Shown: positions 9,117 through 18,361, numbered from the stretch's first letter. The stretch is DNA of 32,000 nt from an uncultured archaeon (GCA_964648855.1 CAZYLT010000017.1:14502-46501); one strand, 5' to 3'. Made by a program: numbers and translations. Notes: generated from the sequence alone by a model not told the origin.

Positions 9117-10473
9117 CGTAATTGTAGCAGGAGCGGGAACAGGCGGTGCAACAACAGCGTACACCATTGCGAAGAATGGAAAATCTGTGCTGTTGATTGA
9201 TAGGAAGGAAAAAAGCAAGATTGGCGACAAGACATGTGGTGATGCATTGGGAAGTCATCATATTCAGGAGTTGAGAGATCTTGTGGGACTACCAAAAGTG
9301 CCTGACGGGATAATAGAACATGAGGTAAACGGCATAGACCTTATCGCACCCGACAGAGAGCATAGGTTAAGGATACAAGGCCCTACAACCACGGGGATGT
9401 CTTTCAACCGATTGAAGATGGGGCAGTGGTTCATCTCTATAGCTGAAAAGGCTGGAGCTGTATTGATGCCATCCACGCGTGCTAAGCGTCCAATTATAGA
9501 AAGCGGAAAAGTCACAGGGGTCCAAGTCTTGGATTCTGAGGGGCAGGAGCATAATATTACAGCTCGCGTTGTTGTAGATGCTACTGGAGCCACAGGAATG
9601 CTGCGGAGACAACTACCCGAGTCAACTCCCATTGAAAGGACAATCAACAAGGAAGATAAGATGGTAGCTTGGAGAGATATTTATGAAACTCCCAACTACA
9701 CCTTCGAAAACCCTGATATTTTGGAGATTTTTTGGAATCAAGAGGAAACCCTCGGCGGATATACTTGGGTTTTTCCACAGGGTAAGCACAGAGTAAACGT
9801 TGGAGCAGGTGTGATGACAATTGAAGGGCACAGAAGTCCACAAAATATCATGGAGGAATTTGTCAAACCCAACTGGGACTTCATGCAAACAGAGTACCAA
9901 GTGTTAGACAGTAGCGGCGGTGTTGCTCCGATAAGACGACCAATAAATACCATGGTAGATGATAATTTCATGCTCGTAGGTGATGCAGCATGCCAGGTTA
10001 ACCCAATCCATGGAGGCGGTATTGGATCTTCTCTACTAGGAGGAGCGCTAGCAGGTCTCACTGCCGTGAAGGCTTTGGAGTCCGGCGACACATCAATTGC
10101 GGGTTTGTGGGAATACAATCCGAGATATATGGAAATGTATGGGTCAAAACAAGCATCATTGGATGTCTTCCGCTGGTTTCTCCTGAATGTTACCAATGAG
10201 GAAATTGACTTCGCTTTTGAAAAGAAGATCATCAAGGCCAGCGACCTATTGGAAACCTCAATGAGCGGAGCTATGAAAATTGGAATGGGCGACAAATTCA
10301 GAAGACTCGTGTCTGGAATAGGTAAGCTTCCATTATTGCTACGAGTTTCTAAAATCGCAAATCTGATGCAGGATATTCGGGAAGTGTATTCAGAATATCC
10401 CAATAACCCGTCCGGATTGGATAAGTGGAAAGAGAAGCTTGGTCCAATATACGAAGAGGCCAAAACTGTTTAA
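9097..10473 (+). CDS. Geranylgeranyl reductase family FAD-dependent oxidoreductase (digeranylgeranylglycerophospholipid reductase-like)
   Basis: YDVIVAGAGTGG FAD motif, K.CGD, VVDATG, GGYTWVFP, and LVGDAA..VNPIHGGGI. Confidence 0.9.
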   Translation: MMMTDYDVIVAGAGTGGATTAYTIAKNGKSVLLIDRKEKSKIGDKTCGDALGSHHIQELRDLVGLPKVPDGIIEHEVNGIDLIAPDREHRLRIQGPTTTGMSFNRLKMGQWFISIAEKAGAVLMPSTRAKRPIIESGKVTGVQVLDSEGQEHNITARVVVDATGATGMLRRQLPESTPIERTINKEDKMVAWRDIYETPNYTFENPDILEIFWNQEETLGGYTWVFPQGKHRVNVGAGVMTIEGHRSPQNIMEEFVKPNWDFMQTEYQVLDSSGGVAPIRRPINTMVDDNFMLVGDAACQVNPIHGGGIGSSLLGGALAGLTAVKALESGDTSIAGLWEYNPRYMEMYGSKQASLDVFRWFLLNVTNEEIDFAFEKKIIKASDLLETSMSGAMKIGMGDKFRRLVSGIGKLPLLLRVSKIANLMQDIREVYSEYPNNPSGLDKWKEKLGPIYEEAKTV

Positions 10474-10520
10474 CTTCATGGTGAAAGATTAAGAAAATCA
10501 ACATGGATGATATGGCATGA

Positions 10521-11483
10521 TTGGAGATTCTTCCTATGAGAGAAATATGCAGTGTTGCCAACATTAGCTTCTTCGCTCCTGAGTCAGCATATTTCTCATT
10601 CAGCAATAGTCCCTATATTGGACACAGAAACGCAACAGCCGTGGACATCTATCCGATTGAGGGAGAATGGGGCTGCAGTGTTGCATCGCCCGTTGAAGGA
10701 AAAGTGGTGGCAATCAGAGAGACTCGAATGCGAAAAAAGCGAGAATTCTTCACAGCAGACTTCGATTACGCTATTGGAATAAGACCATCATCTAACCCAG
10801 ATTATGTAGTTCGCGTACTCCACTGTAAGCCAGAAGTGAATATTGGTGACGCCGTAGACCGGCTTGGACACTTGGGTGCAGCTATTCGATCGCGTTATTT
10901 CAACTTCTGGACAGGCCCCCATTACCATGCGGAAGTGATGCTCAGTAGTGATTTTGCGAGATCTTCTCAGTCAATACTCCTTAACATACCTCCTACTGAG
11001 ATCTTAGGCTCAGAATCAGACTCCGATGATGCGCACCTAGACATCATCGAGGTTACTGAGGACCGAATTCTGGCAACTGGCGAATTTGGACATGCAAGTT
11101 CAGGAAACGGTCTCTTTGGGCACTTGCTTCATACTAGCCAAAACCCATCATTTGGGCTTCTAGACGGAGGAATCCCTCATTATGAGTTAGCTGGTTGCTT
11201 GTGTTCGCCCGATGCCAGTCAACTCACTTTGTACAGGTGGTCGAGATTTGTTGTAGGAAGAACATCATCTGGTATAGATAGTCCAGCTCGATTCTTGACA
11301 AATCGAAAACTCAACTTTAAATTGGCAGATCATAGGATCAGGGGCATCTCATTTTACATATTCACTGAATACAACTTGATAGATGGAAAAGCTCCACTAA
11401 TTCTGATTCCGAACGATTATGGCGGATTTGTTGACAAGTTTCGAGTGGGAGATACTGCTGAGCTTCATGCAGAATATGATTAG
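10521..11483 (+). CDS. Archaeal protein with an M23/LytM-like metallopeptidase motif set (start may be ATG 10536)
   Basis: SPYIGH..AVDIYP, VASPVEGKV, RVLHC..V.IGD.V, and TGPHYH (cf. the M23 motif TGPHLH). Confidence 0.55.
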   Translation: MEILPMREICSVANISFFAPESAYFSFSNSPYIGHRNATAVDIYPIEGEWGCSVASPVEGKVVAIRETRMRKKREFFTADFDYAIGIRPSSNPDYVVRVLHCKPEVNIGDAVDRLGHLGAAIRSRYFNFWTGPHYHAEVMLSSDFARSSQSILLNIPPTEILGSESDSDDAHLDIIEVTEDRILATGEFGHASSGNGLFGHLLHTSQNPSFGLLDGGIPHYELAGCLCSPDASQLTLYRWSRFVVGRTSSGIDSPARFLTNRKLNFKLADHRIRGISFYIFTEYNLIDGKAPLILIPNDYGGFVDKFRVGDTAELHAEYD

Positions 11484-11599
11484 ACTTGCATTAGACAAAT
11501 ACACAAAATCAGCTACTAACTACTCTTCCACCTGATTCTTCTAATTCAAAAATTCTTAATGCATACACTAAAGAAAACATCATCCTTGGAAGTATTGTC

Positions 11600-12577
11600 A
11601 TGATTGAATCCGTTCGTGTATCATTGGGCTCCGCAATTGCATTAGGTCTAGAGCAAGGACCGGAGTTGAACTACTTTACTACGTTATTCATCATGACACA
11701 TTCAGAAACTGGGTGTACAGCGAATTGCGCCTTTTGTCCTCAGGCTATCGATAGCGACTCGCGACCAGAGATGCTCTCCAGAATTGGTTGGCCTAAGTAT
11801 GACTCAAGTACATTCATGAACGCAGCTAATTCCAATCTCGAAAAATTTCTGAGAATATGTATCCAATGTCTCAATTACTCTGAGGTTGTGAATGACTGCC
11901 TTGATATTCTTAGTATACTAAAAGCTCAGAGGCCGCCTATTTCTGTATGCATTCACCCAATCTCAAAACAGGACATGGTCCGATTGTATGATGCGGGTGT
12001 GGAGCGAATTGGAATTGCAGTTGATGCGTGTACGCCGGATCTTTTTGAAAAAACCAAGGGCAATCAGCGGACACCCAAGTATAGCTGGACTGAACACATG
12101 AAAGCTCTACGAAATGCAATGAAGGTGTGGGGACGGGGAAGTGTCACGACTCATCTAATTGTTGGCTTGGGCGAAACCGAGAGAGAGGCTGCAGAGTTTC
12201 TATTTCAAACCAAAGATATGGGGGTAACAGTCGGACTATTTGCGTTCACGAGCATAAAGGGTACAGTTCTTGAGAACCACCCGCAGCCAGATATTGGAAG
12301 ATACCGTCGAATACAGATCCTACATTATCTCCTTTCGTTAGGAGAGATAGAGAAAGAGGATGTATCCTTCACAGAGGGACGCTTGGATTTTGATATTCCC
12401 GAAGAGAGATTGGTGGACCTTCTTTCAAATGGAACTGCATTCAGAGTTAGCGGTTGTCCTGGATGTAATAGGCCATACTACAACGAGCGGCCACGTGGTC
12501 CACTCTACAATTACCCTCGTCCTCTGGATAGAAAAGAAATTATAGAGGCCATCAAACAGGCAAAGGTGGTGGATTAA
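11600..12577 (+). CDS. lipS2: Radical SAM protein, LipS2-type lipoyl synthase component (biotin synthase-related)
   Basis: CTANCAFC CxxxCxxC motif, THLIVGLGE, and a C-terminal GCPGCNRP motif, which I recall as characteristic of Thermococcus LipS2. Directly upstream of the lipoate ligase genes. Confidence 0.75.
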   Translation: MIESVRVSLGSAIALGLEQGPELNYFTTLFIMTHSETGCTANCAFCPQAIDSDSRPEMLSRIGWPKYDSSTFMNAANSNLEKFLRICIQCLNYSEVVNDCLDILSILKAQRPPISVCIHPISKQDMVRLYDAGVERIGIAVDACTPDLFEKTKGNQRTPKYSWTEHMKALRNAMKVWGRGSVTTHLIVGLGETEREAAEFLFQTKDMGVTVGLFAFTSIKGTVLENHPQPDIGRYRRIQILHYLLSLGEIEKEDVSFTEGRLDFDIPEERLVDLLSNGTAFRVSGCPGCNRPYYNERPRGPLYNYPRPLDRKEIIEAIKQAKVVD

Positions 12578-12578
12578 A

Positions 12579-13346
12579 ATCAATTCATTCCGATTTCTTG
12601 GTTTAGAGGTGAATAATGCCTATACAAACATGGCAATAGATGAGTCAATAGTAACAGCAATCCACAATGGAGCGGCAGACCCGACTCTCAGATTCTATCG
12701 CTGGAAACCATCTGCAGTATCTATTGGGACATTCCAAGGAATGGAAGAAGAAGTCGATATCGAATATTGCAAAAAACAGGGAATCGATCCAGTTCGTAGA
12801 ATCACCGGGGGCGGAGCGGTCTATCATGATTTCAATGGAGAAATCACATATAGCATTATTATTCCACAAAGCCACAAACTGGTCCCACATGATATTTTGC
12901 AATCTTACTCCATAATCTGCGATGGCATAATAAGAGGGCTAGCGAATCTAGATATAGAAGCACAATTTGTACCGATAAATGATATAGCTGTAAATGGAAA
13001 GAAAATCTCGGGAAATGCGCAGACCCGACGAAAAGGGTGTCTCCTCCAGCATGGAACTATCTTATTGGACCTCGATGTGAGAGAGATGTTCCGTATATTG
13101 AAAGTTCCTCAGGAGAAAATCTCTGATAAAATGATTGATGATGTAACGCAACGAGTGACGTCTTTGAAACATATTCTGGGAAGGAAAGTAGAATTTGAGG
13201 AGATTAGCAGAGCCTTGCGGAGAGGCTTCTCGGATGCGTTGAATATTGAACTAGTGCAAGGTTCTCTCTCTGGTGAAGAGGTTGAAGCTGCGCGAAAACT
13301 AGCTAAGAAAAAATACTCAACCGACGATTGGAATTTCTCAAGGTGA
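12579..13346 (+). CDS. lplA: Lipoate-protein ligase A, catalytic (N-terminal) subunit; probable ATC start (ORF track calls GTG 12609)
   Basis: NMAIDE, TLRFYRW, RRITGGGAVYHD, NDI..NGKKISGNAQ and LQHGT motifs. Confidence 0.92.
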   Translation: MNSFRFLGLEVNNAYTNMAIDESIVTAIHNGAADPTLRFYRWKPSAVSIGTFQGMEEEVDIEYCKKQGIDPVRRITGGGAVYHDFNGEITYSIIIPQSHKLVPHDILQSYSIICDGIIRGLANLDIEAQFVPINDIAVNGKKISGNAQTRRKGCLLQHGTILLDLDVREMFRILKVPQEKISDKMIDDVTQRVTSLKHILGRKVEFEEISRALRRGFSDALNIELVQGSLSGEEVEAARKLAKKKYSTDDWNFSR

Positions 13347-13351
13347 GTGTT

Positions 13352-13627
13352 ATGGAAAAGAGCAGCTTCAAAGTACCGGGTGGGAAGCTTGTAAGAATCA
13401 CACTTAGCAGAGACAACAACGTGATTTCCACAATCAGAATCACGGGTGATTTTTTTCTCCATCCAGAAAGTACTTTGGATGACATTGAGGAAAAACTAGT
13501 TGGCGCAATACTACTAGAGTCGGAATTACAAAAAAACATTGAATCCGTAATAGCTGAAAAGAATGCAACTCTGATTGGTGCTACTGCCGCAGACATTGCA
13601 AGGGCTATAATGCTAGCTGTTGCCTGA
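13352..13627 (+). CDS. lplB: Lipoate-protein ligase accessory (C-terminal domain) subunit, LplB-like
   Basis: KVPGGKL..I..I.ITGDFFLHPE..LEEKL.G motif. AGGTGA SD before ATG 13352. Confidence 0.88.
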   Translation: MEKSSFKVPGGKLVRITLSRDNNVISTIRITGDFFLHPESTLDDIEEKLVGAILLESELQKNIESVIAEKNATLIGATAADIARAIMLAVA

Positions 13628-13764
13628 CATTCGGTGTTTCTTGAGGGCTACTGTGCACAGGTCTAGTCACACCTCTTGTGAGGCGAAATACCTTTAAAGC
13701 AAGGCACCAAGCCAGCTAACTTGTCACGGATGTCAACAAACCTCAGCCCCTTGGAGGAGTTCTT

Positions 13765-15207
13765 CTGAGTCAAGCTAACTCTAACAGGATTTCTTCGTTA
13801 AGAGAGGGGATTCCCCTCATCCTAGCTTGCCTCTTAGCCATCCTTATTCTTTCACTGACAGTCAATTACAGCTATCTTCTGTTTCACTCTTTAGTGGAGA
13901 TATATTCAATCATTATTGCTTTCAGTTTATTCATCATTGTTTGGAATACACAGGATCTTTCGGAGAACAGTCTATTCCAACTGCTGGGAACCGCATATTT
14001 CTTTGTGGCTTTGTTGGACTTTATACATACGCTTTCATATTCCGGTATGGGCGTTTTTCCGGGATTTGGAGCAAACCTTCCTACACAGCTGTGGATAGCT
14101 GCGAGATACCTGGAAGCAATGTCACTTCTGACAATCCCATTCCTGTCGAAGAGAGGCATCTCACTGAATAGAGCATTTTTTGCGTATGCTTCCATCTCTG
14201 CAATACTCCTGCTCTCGATATTCATGGGTGCCTTTCCAGTAGCATACATCGAGGGTAGTGGATTGACTCTATTCAAAATCCTCAGTGAGTATTTGATAAT
14301 GATGATACTTGCCGGAGCGGCATATGTATATTCACGAAAGAGTCATGAATTGCCGCAGGATGCAAAAAGGTATTTCATTGCAGCGATCATCATCACTATC
14401 GGAGCTGAAGCAGCATTCACACTCTATGTAGATGTGTACGGTTTTGCAAATATGATTGGTCATTATCTGAAGCTACTATCTTTCTATCTTGTCTATGAGG
14501 GGGCTGTAAGATATGTCTTAACCAATCCTGTATCTGCTCTTTTCAGCGACCTAAAAGATAGCGAAACAAATCTGTTAGAATCGAATGCGGCCCTAAGATT
14601 CTCTCTTGATGTGCTCCAGCATGACGTAAGGAATTCGCTTCAGGTTGCCATAAGCTATTTTGACCTGTGGAAAGAAGAGTCATCCGATGAGCTATTAGTT
14701 GAGGTAGCAAATTCCATTGAACATGCCATCAATACGATTGCTGACGCGCGTGAAATTGAGGAATTAGCTCTCTCCAATGATACTCGAAAACCAGTTGTGT
14801 TATCAAAGATATTCGAATATCTGCCATTTCGGAGCAGACTAAGCTTTGAAGGTGATTGCTATGCTTATGCTGGCGCTGGGCTGATTTCGGTTCTTTCGAA
14901 TCTCATCGATAATGCGATAAAACATGGTTCTGCAAGCGAAATTACCTTTCAGGTGGCATCAACCCCTGAAAAATGCCTAATATCAATCAGGGATAACGGG
15001 AATGGTATTCCTGAGGACTATCAGGACAGAATATTTGAAAAGGGATTCGTTGGACCTAAATCATCAGGAACTGGAAGGGGACTATACATTGCTCGTGAGA
15101 TTGTTCAGCGGTATGACGGAAAGATTGAACTTGTGAAATCCAATAGCACGGGAACAACATTCCGAATCGAGATCGACAGAGTACAAGGGAATCGAAAGGT
15201 AAAATGA
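13765..15207 (+). CDS. MASE3-domain membrane sensor histidine kinase; probable CTG start (ORF track calls 13894)
   Basis: MASE3-like YLLFHSLVE, DFIHTLSY.GM, N.PTQLWIAARYLEA and FTLY.DVYG..N.IGH motifs. H-box HDVRN, N-box NLIDNAIKH, DNGNGI, F-box and GTGRGL. Confidence 0.88.
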   Translation: MSQANSNRISSLREGIPLILACLLAILILSLTVNYSYLLFHSLVEIYSIIIAFSLFIIVWNTQDLSENSLFQLLGTAYFFVALLDFIHTLSYSGMGVFPGFGANLPTQLWIAARYLEAMSLLTIPFLSKRGISLNRAFFAYASISAILLLSIFMGAFPVAYIEGSGLTLFKILSEYLIMMILAGAAYVYSRKSHELPQDAKRYFIAAIIITIGAEAAFTLYVDVYGFANMIGHYLKLLSFYLVYEGAVRYVLTNPVSALFSDLKDSETNLLESNAALRFSLDVLQHDVRNSLQVAISYFDLWKEESSDELLVEVANSIEHAINTIADAREIEELALSNDTRKPVVLSKIFEYLPFRSRLSFEGDCYAYAGAGLISVLSNLIDNAIKHGSASEITFQVASTPEKCLISIRDNGNGIPEDYQDRIFEKGFVGPKSSGTGRGLYIAREIVQRYDGKIELVKSNSTGTTFRIEIDRVQGNRKVK

Positions 15208-16184
15208 ACGCATATTTCATAATCGTCTTATTAGGAGTGATTCTATTCTTCGTCGTTTGGATATTGGGATGGGTCCTGGAGAGACTTTCACACATTGCCC
15301 TAGACACGGCCCGTGCTCCTGGCTCAAGAGCTTGGTACATGCTGGTTGGTCCCGGGGTCGCACTACACGAGTCTGCTCATGCTCTGGGTTGCCTCTTTAC
15401 TGGAACAGAGATTGTTGAATTCAAACCGCTTCATGTGGAAACTGTAGGAGATGAAGTAATCTTTGGTTATGTGAAATACAGGAACCCTCCGAGTATTTTG
15501 AAGAGAGCTGTCATCAACTTGGCGCCTGTAGCGGTTTCCTTAGTCCTCCTGATATTCTTCGCTCTTGGAGTCACATATCTCGTGCCAGAAACACCCGGAA
15601 TTGGTGGTCAAGCCCTACAGCTACTGGAAGATTTGATATACCTCAAGAATGACTCAACGCTTCTGAGTGATCTCCTATACCCACTTGTGGCAATCTCGGG
15701 TTTTGTATATTCATTCTTCTATACTTTCGCAGGCCTAACGGTTGTCAATCCTTTATTCTGGATAGTTGCGTTTTTGGCGATGACAGTGATGTTCAGTAAC
15801 GCTCCATCCAATGTTGATATCTCAAATGCAAGGCCAGGATTACGATTGATTCTACTGTTTGATATGATATGGTTGATAGTCGCGTTTCTATATCCTCAAG
15901 CTGGTTGGGCACTATTTGGGGTATTTGAGCTGCTCGCCGTTATGTACGCATTGGCTATTGCTTTCGCCATACTAGCATACGGCTTCTTCATCATGATAAC
16001 AGCAATGGCCAAGGTAAAAACGCCCATCAATCTTATTCCGTTATTAGCCACTATCGTTAGTGGTTTCTTGTTGAATATCTACTCGGTCGGCTCACCAACA
16101 TTTCGTACAGTGGTCTCAGTTGGGATATTCGGGCTTATGCTCGTTCCCCTTCTCTTTATCAAAGAAATCCGTTCCGTCAGGTAA
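15204..16184 (+). CDS. Membrane zinc metalloprotease-like protein (HExxH; M50B-like)
   Basis: PGVALHESAHALGCL, GYV, INLAP and a distal PSNVD. Many TM helices. ATGA overlap with the kinase. Confidence 0.7.
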   Translation: MNAYFIIVLLGVILFFVVWILGWVLERLSHIALDTARAPGSRAWYMLVGPGVALHESAHALGCLFTGTEIVEFKPLHVETVGDEVIFGYVKYRNPPSILKRAVINLAPVAVSLVLLIFFALGVTYLVPETPGIGGQALQLLEDLIYLKNDSTLLSDLLYPLVAISGFVYSFFYTFAGLTVVNPLFWIVAFLAMTVMFSNAPSNVDISNARPGLRLILLFDMIWLIVAFLYPQAGWALFGVFELLAVMYALAIAFAILAYGFFIMITAMAKVKTPINLIPLLATIVSGFLLNIYSVGSPTFRTVVSVGIFGLMLVPLLFIKEIRSVR

Positions 16185-16232
16185 TACTGAGTCTAAAATA
16201 GTCAGCTGTACTACGATACCCGGGTATGGATT

Positions 16233-16580
16233 ATGGTCAAGATAGATATGGTACGACGCCCATCTTTGATTAGTCCACGTCATCTGCTCAGACACGTGTT
16301 TTTCACTGAAATGCAAGTGGAACAGGCAGCGAAAATCCTCAATGAAATCATGAAATCCAATGGAGTAGTTCCTGATTCTGAGTGGAAAAGGTTCGTTCTC
16401 TCCAGTAGAGGTTTGTATGTCAAAGTCATCAGAAAACTGAGAGATGTGGGTATTGTGGAAAAGCGGATGGGGGAATATCACTTGGCACGAGATTTCTCAA
16501 CAGCATTAGACAAAATTGGTGATTATTGGACCGATATCCTCGAATCCTATAGAAATGGTGATCGGACAATCACATTCTAA
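16233..16580 (+). CDS. Small winged-helix-like protein
   Basis: SRGLYVKVIRKLRDVGIVEKRMGEYHL recognition helix and wing pattern. Confidence 0.6.
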   Translation: MVKIDMVRRPSLISPRHLLRHVFFTEMQVEQAAKILNEIMKSNGVVPDSEWKRFVLSSRGLYVKVIRKLRDVGIVEKRMGEYHLARDFSTALDKIGDYWTDILESYRNGDRTITF

Positions 16581-16590
16581 AGCTATGATT

Positions 16591-18171
16591 TCAGTCTAAC
16601 TCAACTTCGCCTTCCTTTATTTCAATCTTTTTCAGCGTGCTGATTGCCCGTTCCTCAGTAGTCTTGAGGACTCCGAGCTTCTCAAGCTCTCTAGCATGTT
16701 TTGCTGCCAATCCAGCAGGAATCCCAAGTGATTTTCCAAGCTCTTTGAAAGTTACCGATCCCACTTCATCCACTAAGAGCAAGACCTTGGTGTTAGCCTC
16801 CAGATTCAGCACCTTGATGTAACGAGAAGTACGTTCTCTTGCCAAATCTCGTTCTTCTAATGCCATATCCCGCTCTTTTTCAAGCAGACGAGTTGCCTTT
16901 TCGAAGCCCTTCTTCTGCATCTCAAGGGATGTAGTCAACTCCTTCTCTTTTTGCAGCTCGTTCTCTAAATCATAGATTTTTTGCTCAAGATTCTTTACTT
17001 CATCTATTCGATCCTGAACTGACTCGAGTTCCTTCAGTCGCTTTTCCGCCAGCTCTTGAGCAGCCTCTTTTTCCTTGACAGCTTCAGCAGCAGTTCGTTT
17101 CACTTTCTTCAATTCTGAAGTTGTTTCATCTAGATTCAGGCGCTTTTCATCCAACGCATTCTCAAGGAGCTCGATTTTTGATTCTAACGACTTCATCTCG
17201 GCCTCAGACGCAGCCGATGGCTCAACAGCTTTTTCGCTTGCTTCTCGGTACACATCAAGCTGGGTCTTTGTTTCTGCAAGGTTGATATTTAATTCCTCGA
17301 TCTCTTGACGAGCGTGGTCACGTTCAGAAATGAGGTTTTCAATCGTTTCATCTTTCTTGAAGATCTGGCTCCTTAAGGTGGATACTTCATTCTCAAGCTC
17401 CGCAATTCTTCGATTGAGTTCTTCAGTCTGAGCATCAACTTTGCTAGCTGAATCAATTTGGTCTTGCAGGGCCCTAACTGTCTTCTGTAGTTTGGATATC
17501 TCTCGGTCTTTCTCAGCCAGTACCTCCTGTTGAGCGCTTGCTTCTTCCTCAAGACTCTGCATGAATGACCTAACAATATCCTGCTGTTCAACAATAGTAC
17601 TTCTTAGGTCTATTTCTGACTCTCTAACCTTTGAGGCGAATTCTTTGAATCGTGATTGGGTTTGTTCCACGATTTTATCCACAAGCTCTTTTTCAAGAGC
17701 TGCAAATTCGCTATCCACAATCTCAACAAAAGTTGACTCTATGAAGCTCTTGAAGAATTGCATCCGCAGCTTTTCTACCATCTCAGTTGATATTCGGGAC
17801 TTGAGTTCGACAACCTTGCCTCTGAAGGATAGAAGCTGGGCAGCGAATACACCGACAACTCCACGTTGGAGGGATTGAATATCACCTCTAAGCGTTTCAA
17901 GCTTGTTTAAGAGAGCGTCAAAGCCGGCCACTGCCCCCTCATCTAGTACTGTGTCTACGGCGGTGACACCAGAGTCCAGCCCTTCAACAAATTCAAGTGC
18001 ATCAGCCGCTGCCGTAACCATCTCGTCCTCGGAGTCAACGGATATATCAGGCACACCTGGTTCACTTTCTCCTAGAACCATCTTTCTAATCTCTGCATCG
18101 GACATAGATGCCTGTTTCAGGGCTTCTTGCAGACTTGCCTTTTCATCTTCGTTCAATTTCTCTTCAGACAT
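16591..18171 (-). CDS. Long coiled-coil protein with C-terminal winged helix
   Basis: E/K/L-rich heptads across most of the 526 aa. C-terminal KVLLLVDEVGSVTFKELGKSLGIPAGLAAKHARELEKLGVL. No Walker A motif. Confidence 0.8.
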   Translation of the reverse strand: MSEEKLNEDEKASLQEALKQASMSDAEIRKMVLGESEPGVPDISVDSEDEMVTAAADALEFVEGLDSGVTAVDTVLDEGAVAGFDALLNKLETLRGDIQSLQRGVVGVFAAQLLSFRGKVVELKSRISTEMVEKLRMQFFKSFIESTFVEIVDSEFAALEKELVDKIVEQTQSRFKEFASKVRESEIDLRSTIVEQQDIVRSFMQSLEEEASAQQEVLAEKDREISKLQKTVRALQDQIDSASKVDAQTEELNRRIAELENEVSTLRSQIFKKDETIENLISERDHARQEIEELNINLAETKTQLDVYREASEKAVEPSAASEAEMKSLESKIELLENALDEKRLNLDETTSELKKVKRTAAEAVKEKEAAQELAEKRLKELESVQDRIDEVKNLEQKIYDLENELQKEKELTTSLEMQKKGFEKATRLLEKERDMALEERDLARERTSRYIKVLNLEANTKVLLLVDEVGSVTFKELGKSLGIPAGLAAKHARELEKLGVLKTTEERAISTLKKIEIKEGEVELD

Positions 18172-18361
18172 TGAATTCCCTCAGGAGCAAACTAGACACT
18201 AGATTCGTCGCATTGGTATAAAGGTTTGCGAGATATAATCTATTCCTAAATAAGAGAAATTATGCCGACCTACTTGAAAGTTCTGTGTCTTGCCTAATAA
18301 CAGAGTCATATCGCATTGATATGCATTTGTGATAAGAAAACAGCTCATGAAGGTCATAAAA

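Noticed and set aside
9097-10473. Link between geranylgeranyl reductase and Rab prenylation
   Set aside because: A reductase is not a prenyltransferase, and neither GTPase has C-terminal cysteines.
11600-12577. Biotin synthase BioB call
   Set aside because: The GCPGCNRP motif and the lplA/lplB context fit LipS2 better. No bio genes are nearby.
13628-13760. Possible tRNA or ncRNA in the intergenic gap
   Set aside because: No cloverleaf or T-loop consensus. Only a short hairpin and a TATA-like CTTTAAA.
16591-18171. SMC/Rad50 call
   Set aside because: No Walker A/B, signature, hinge or hook motif.
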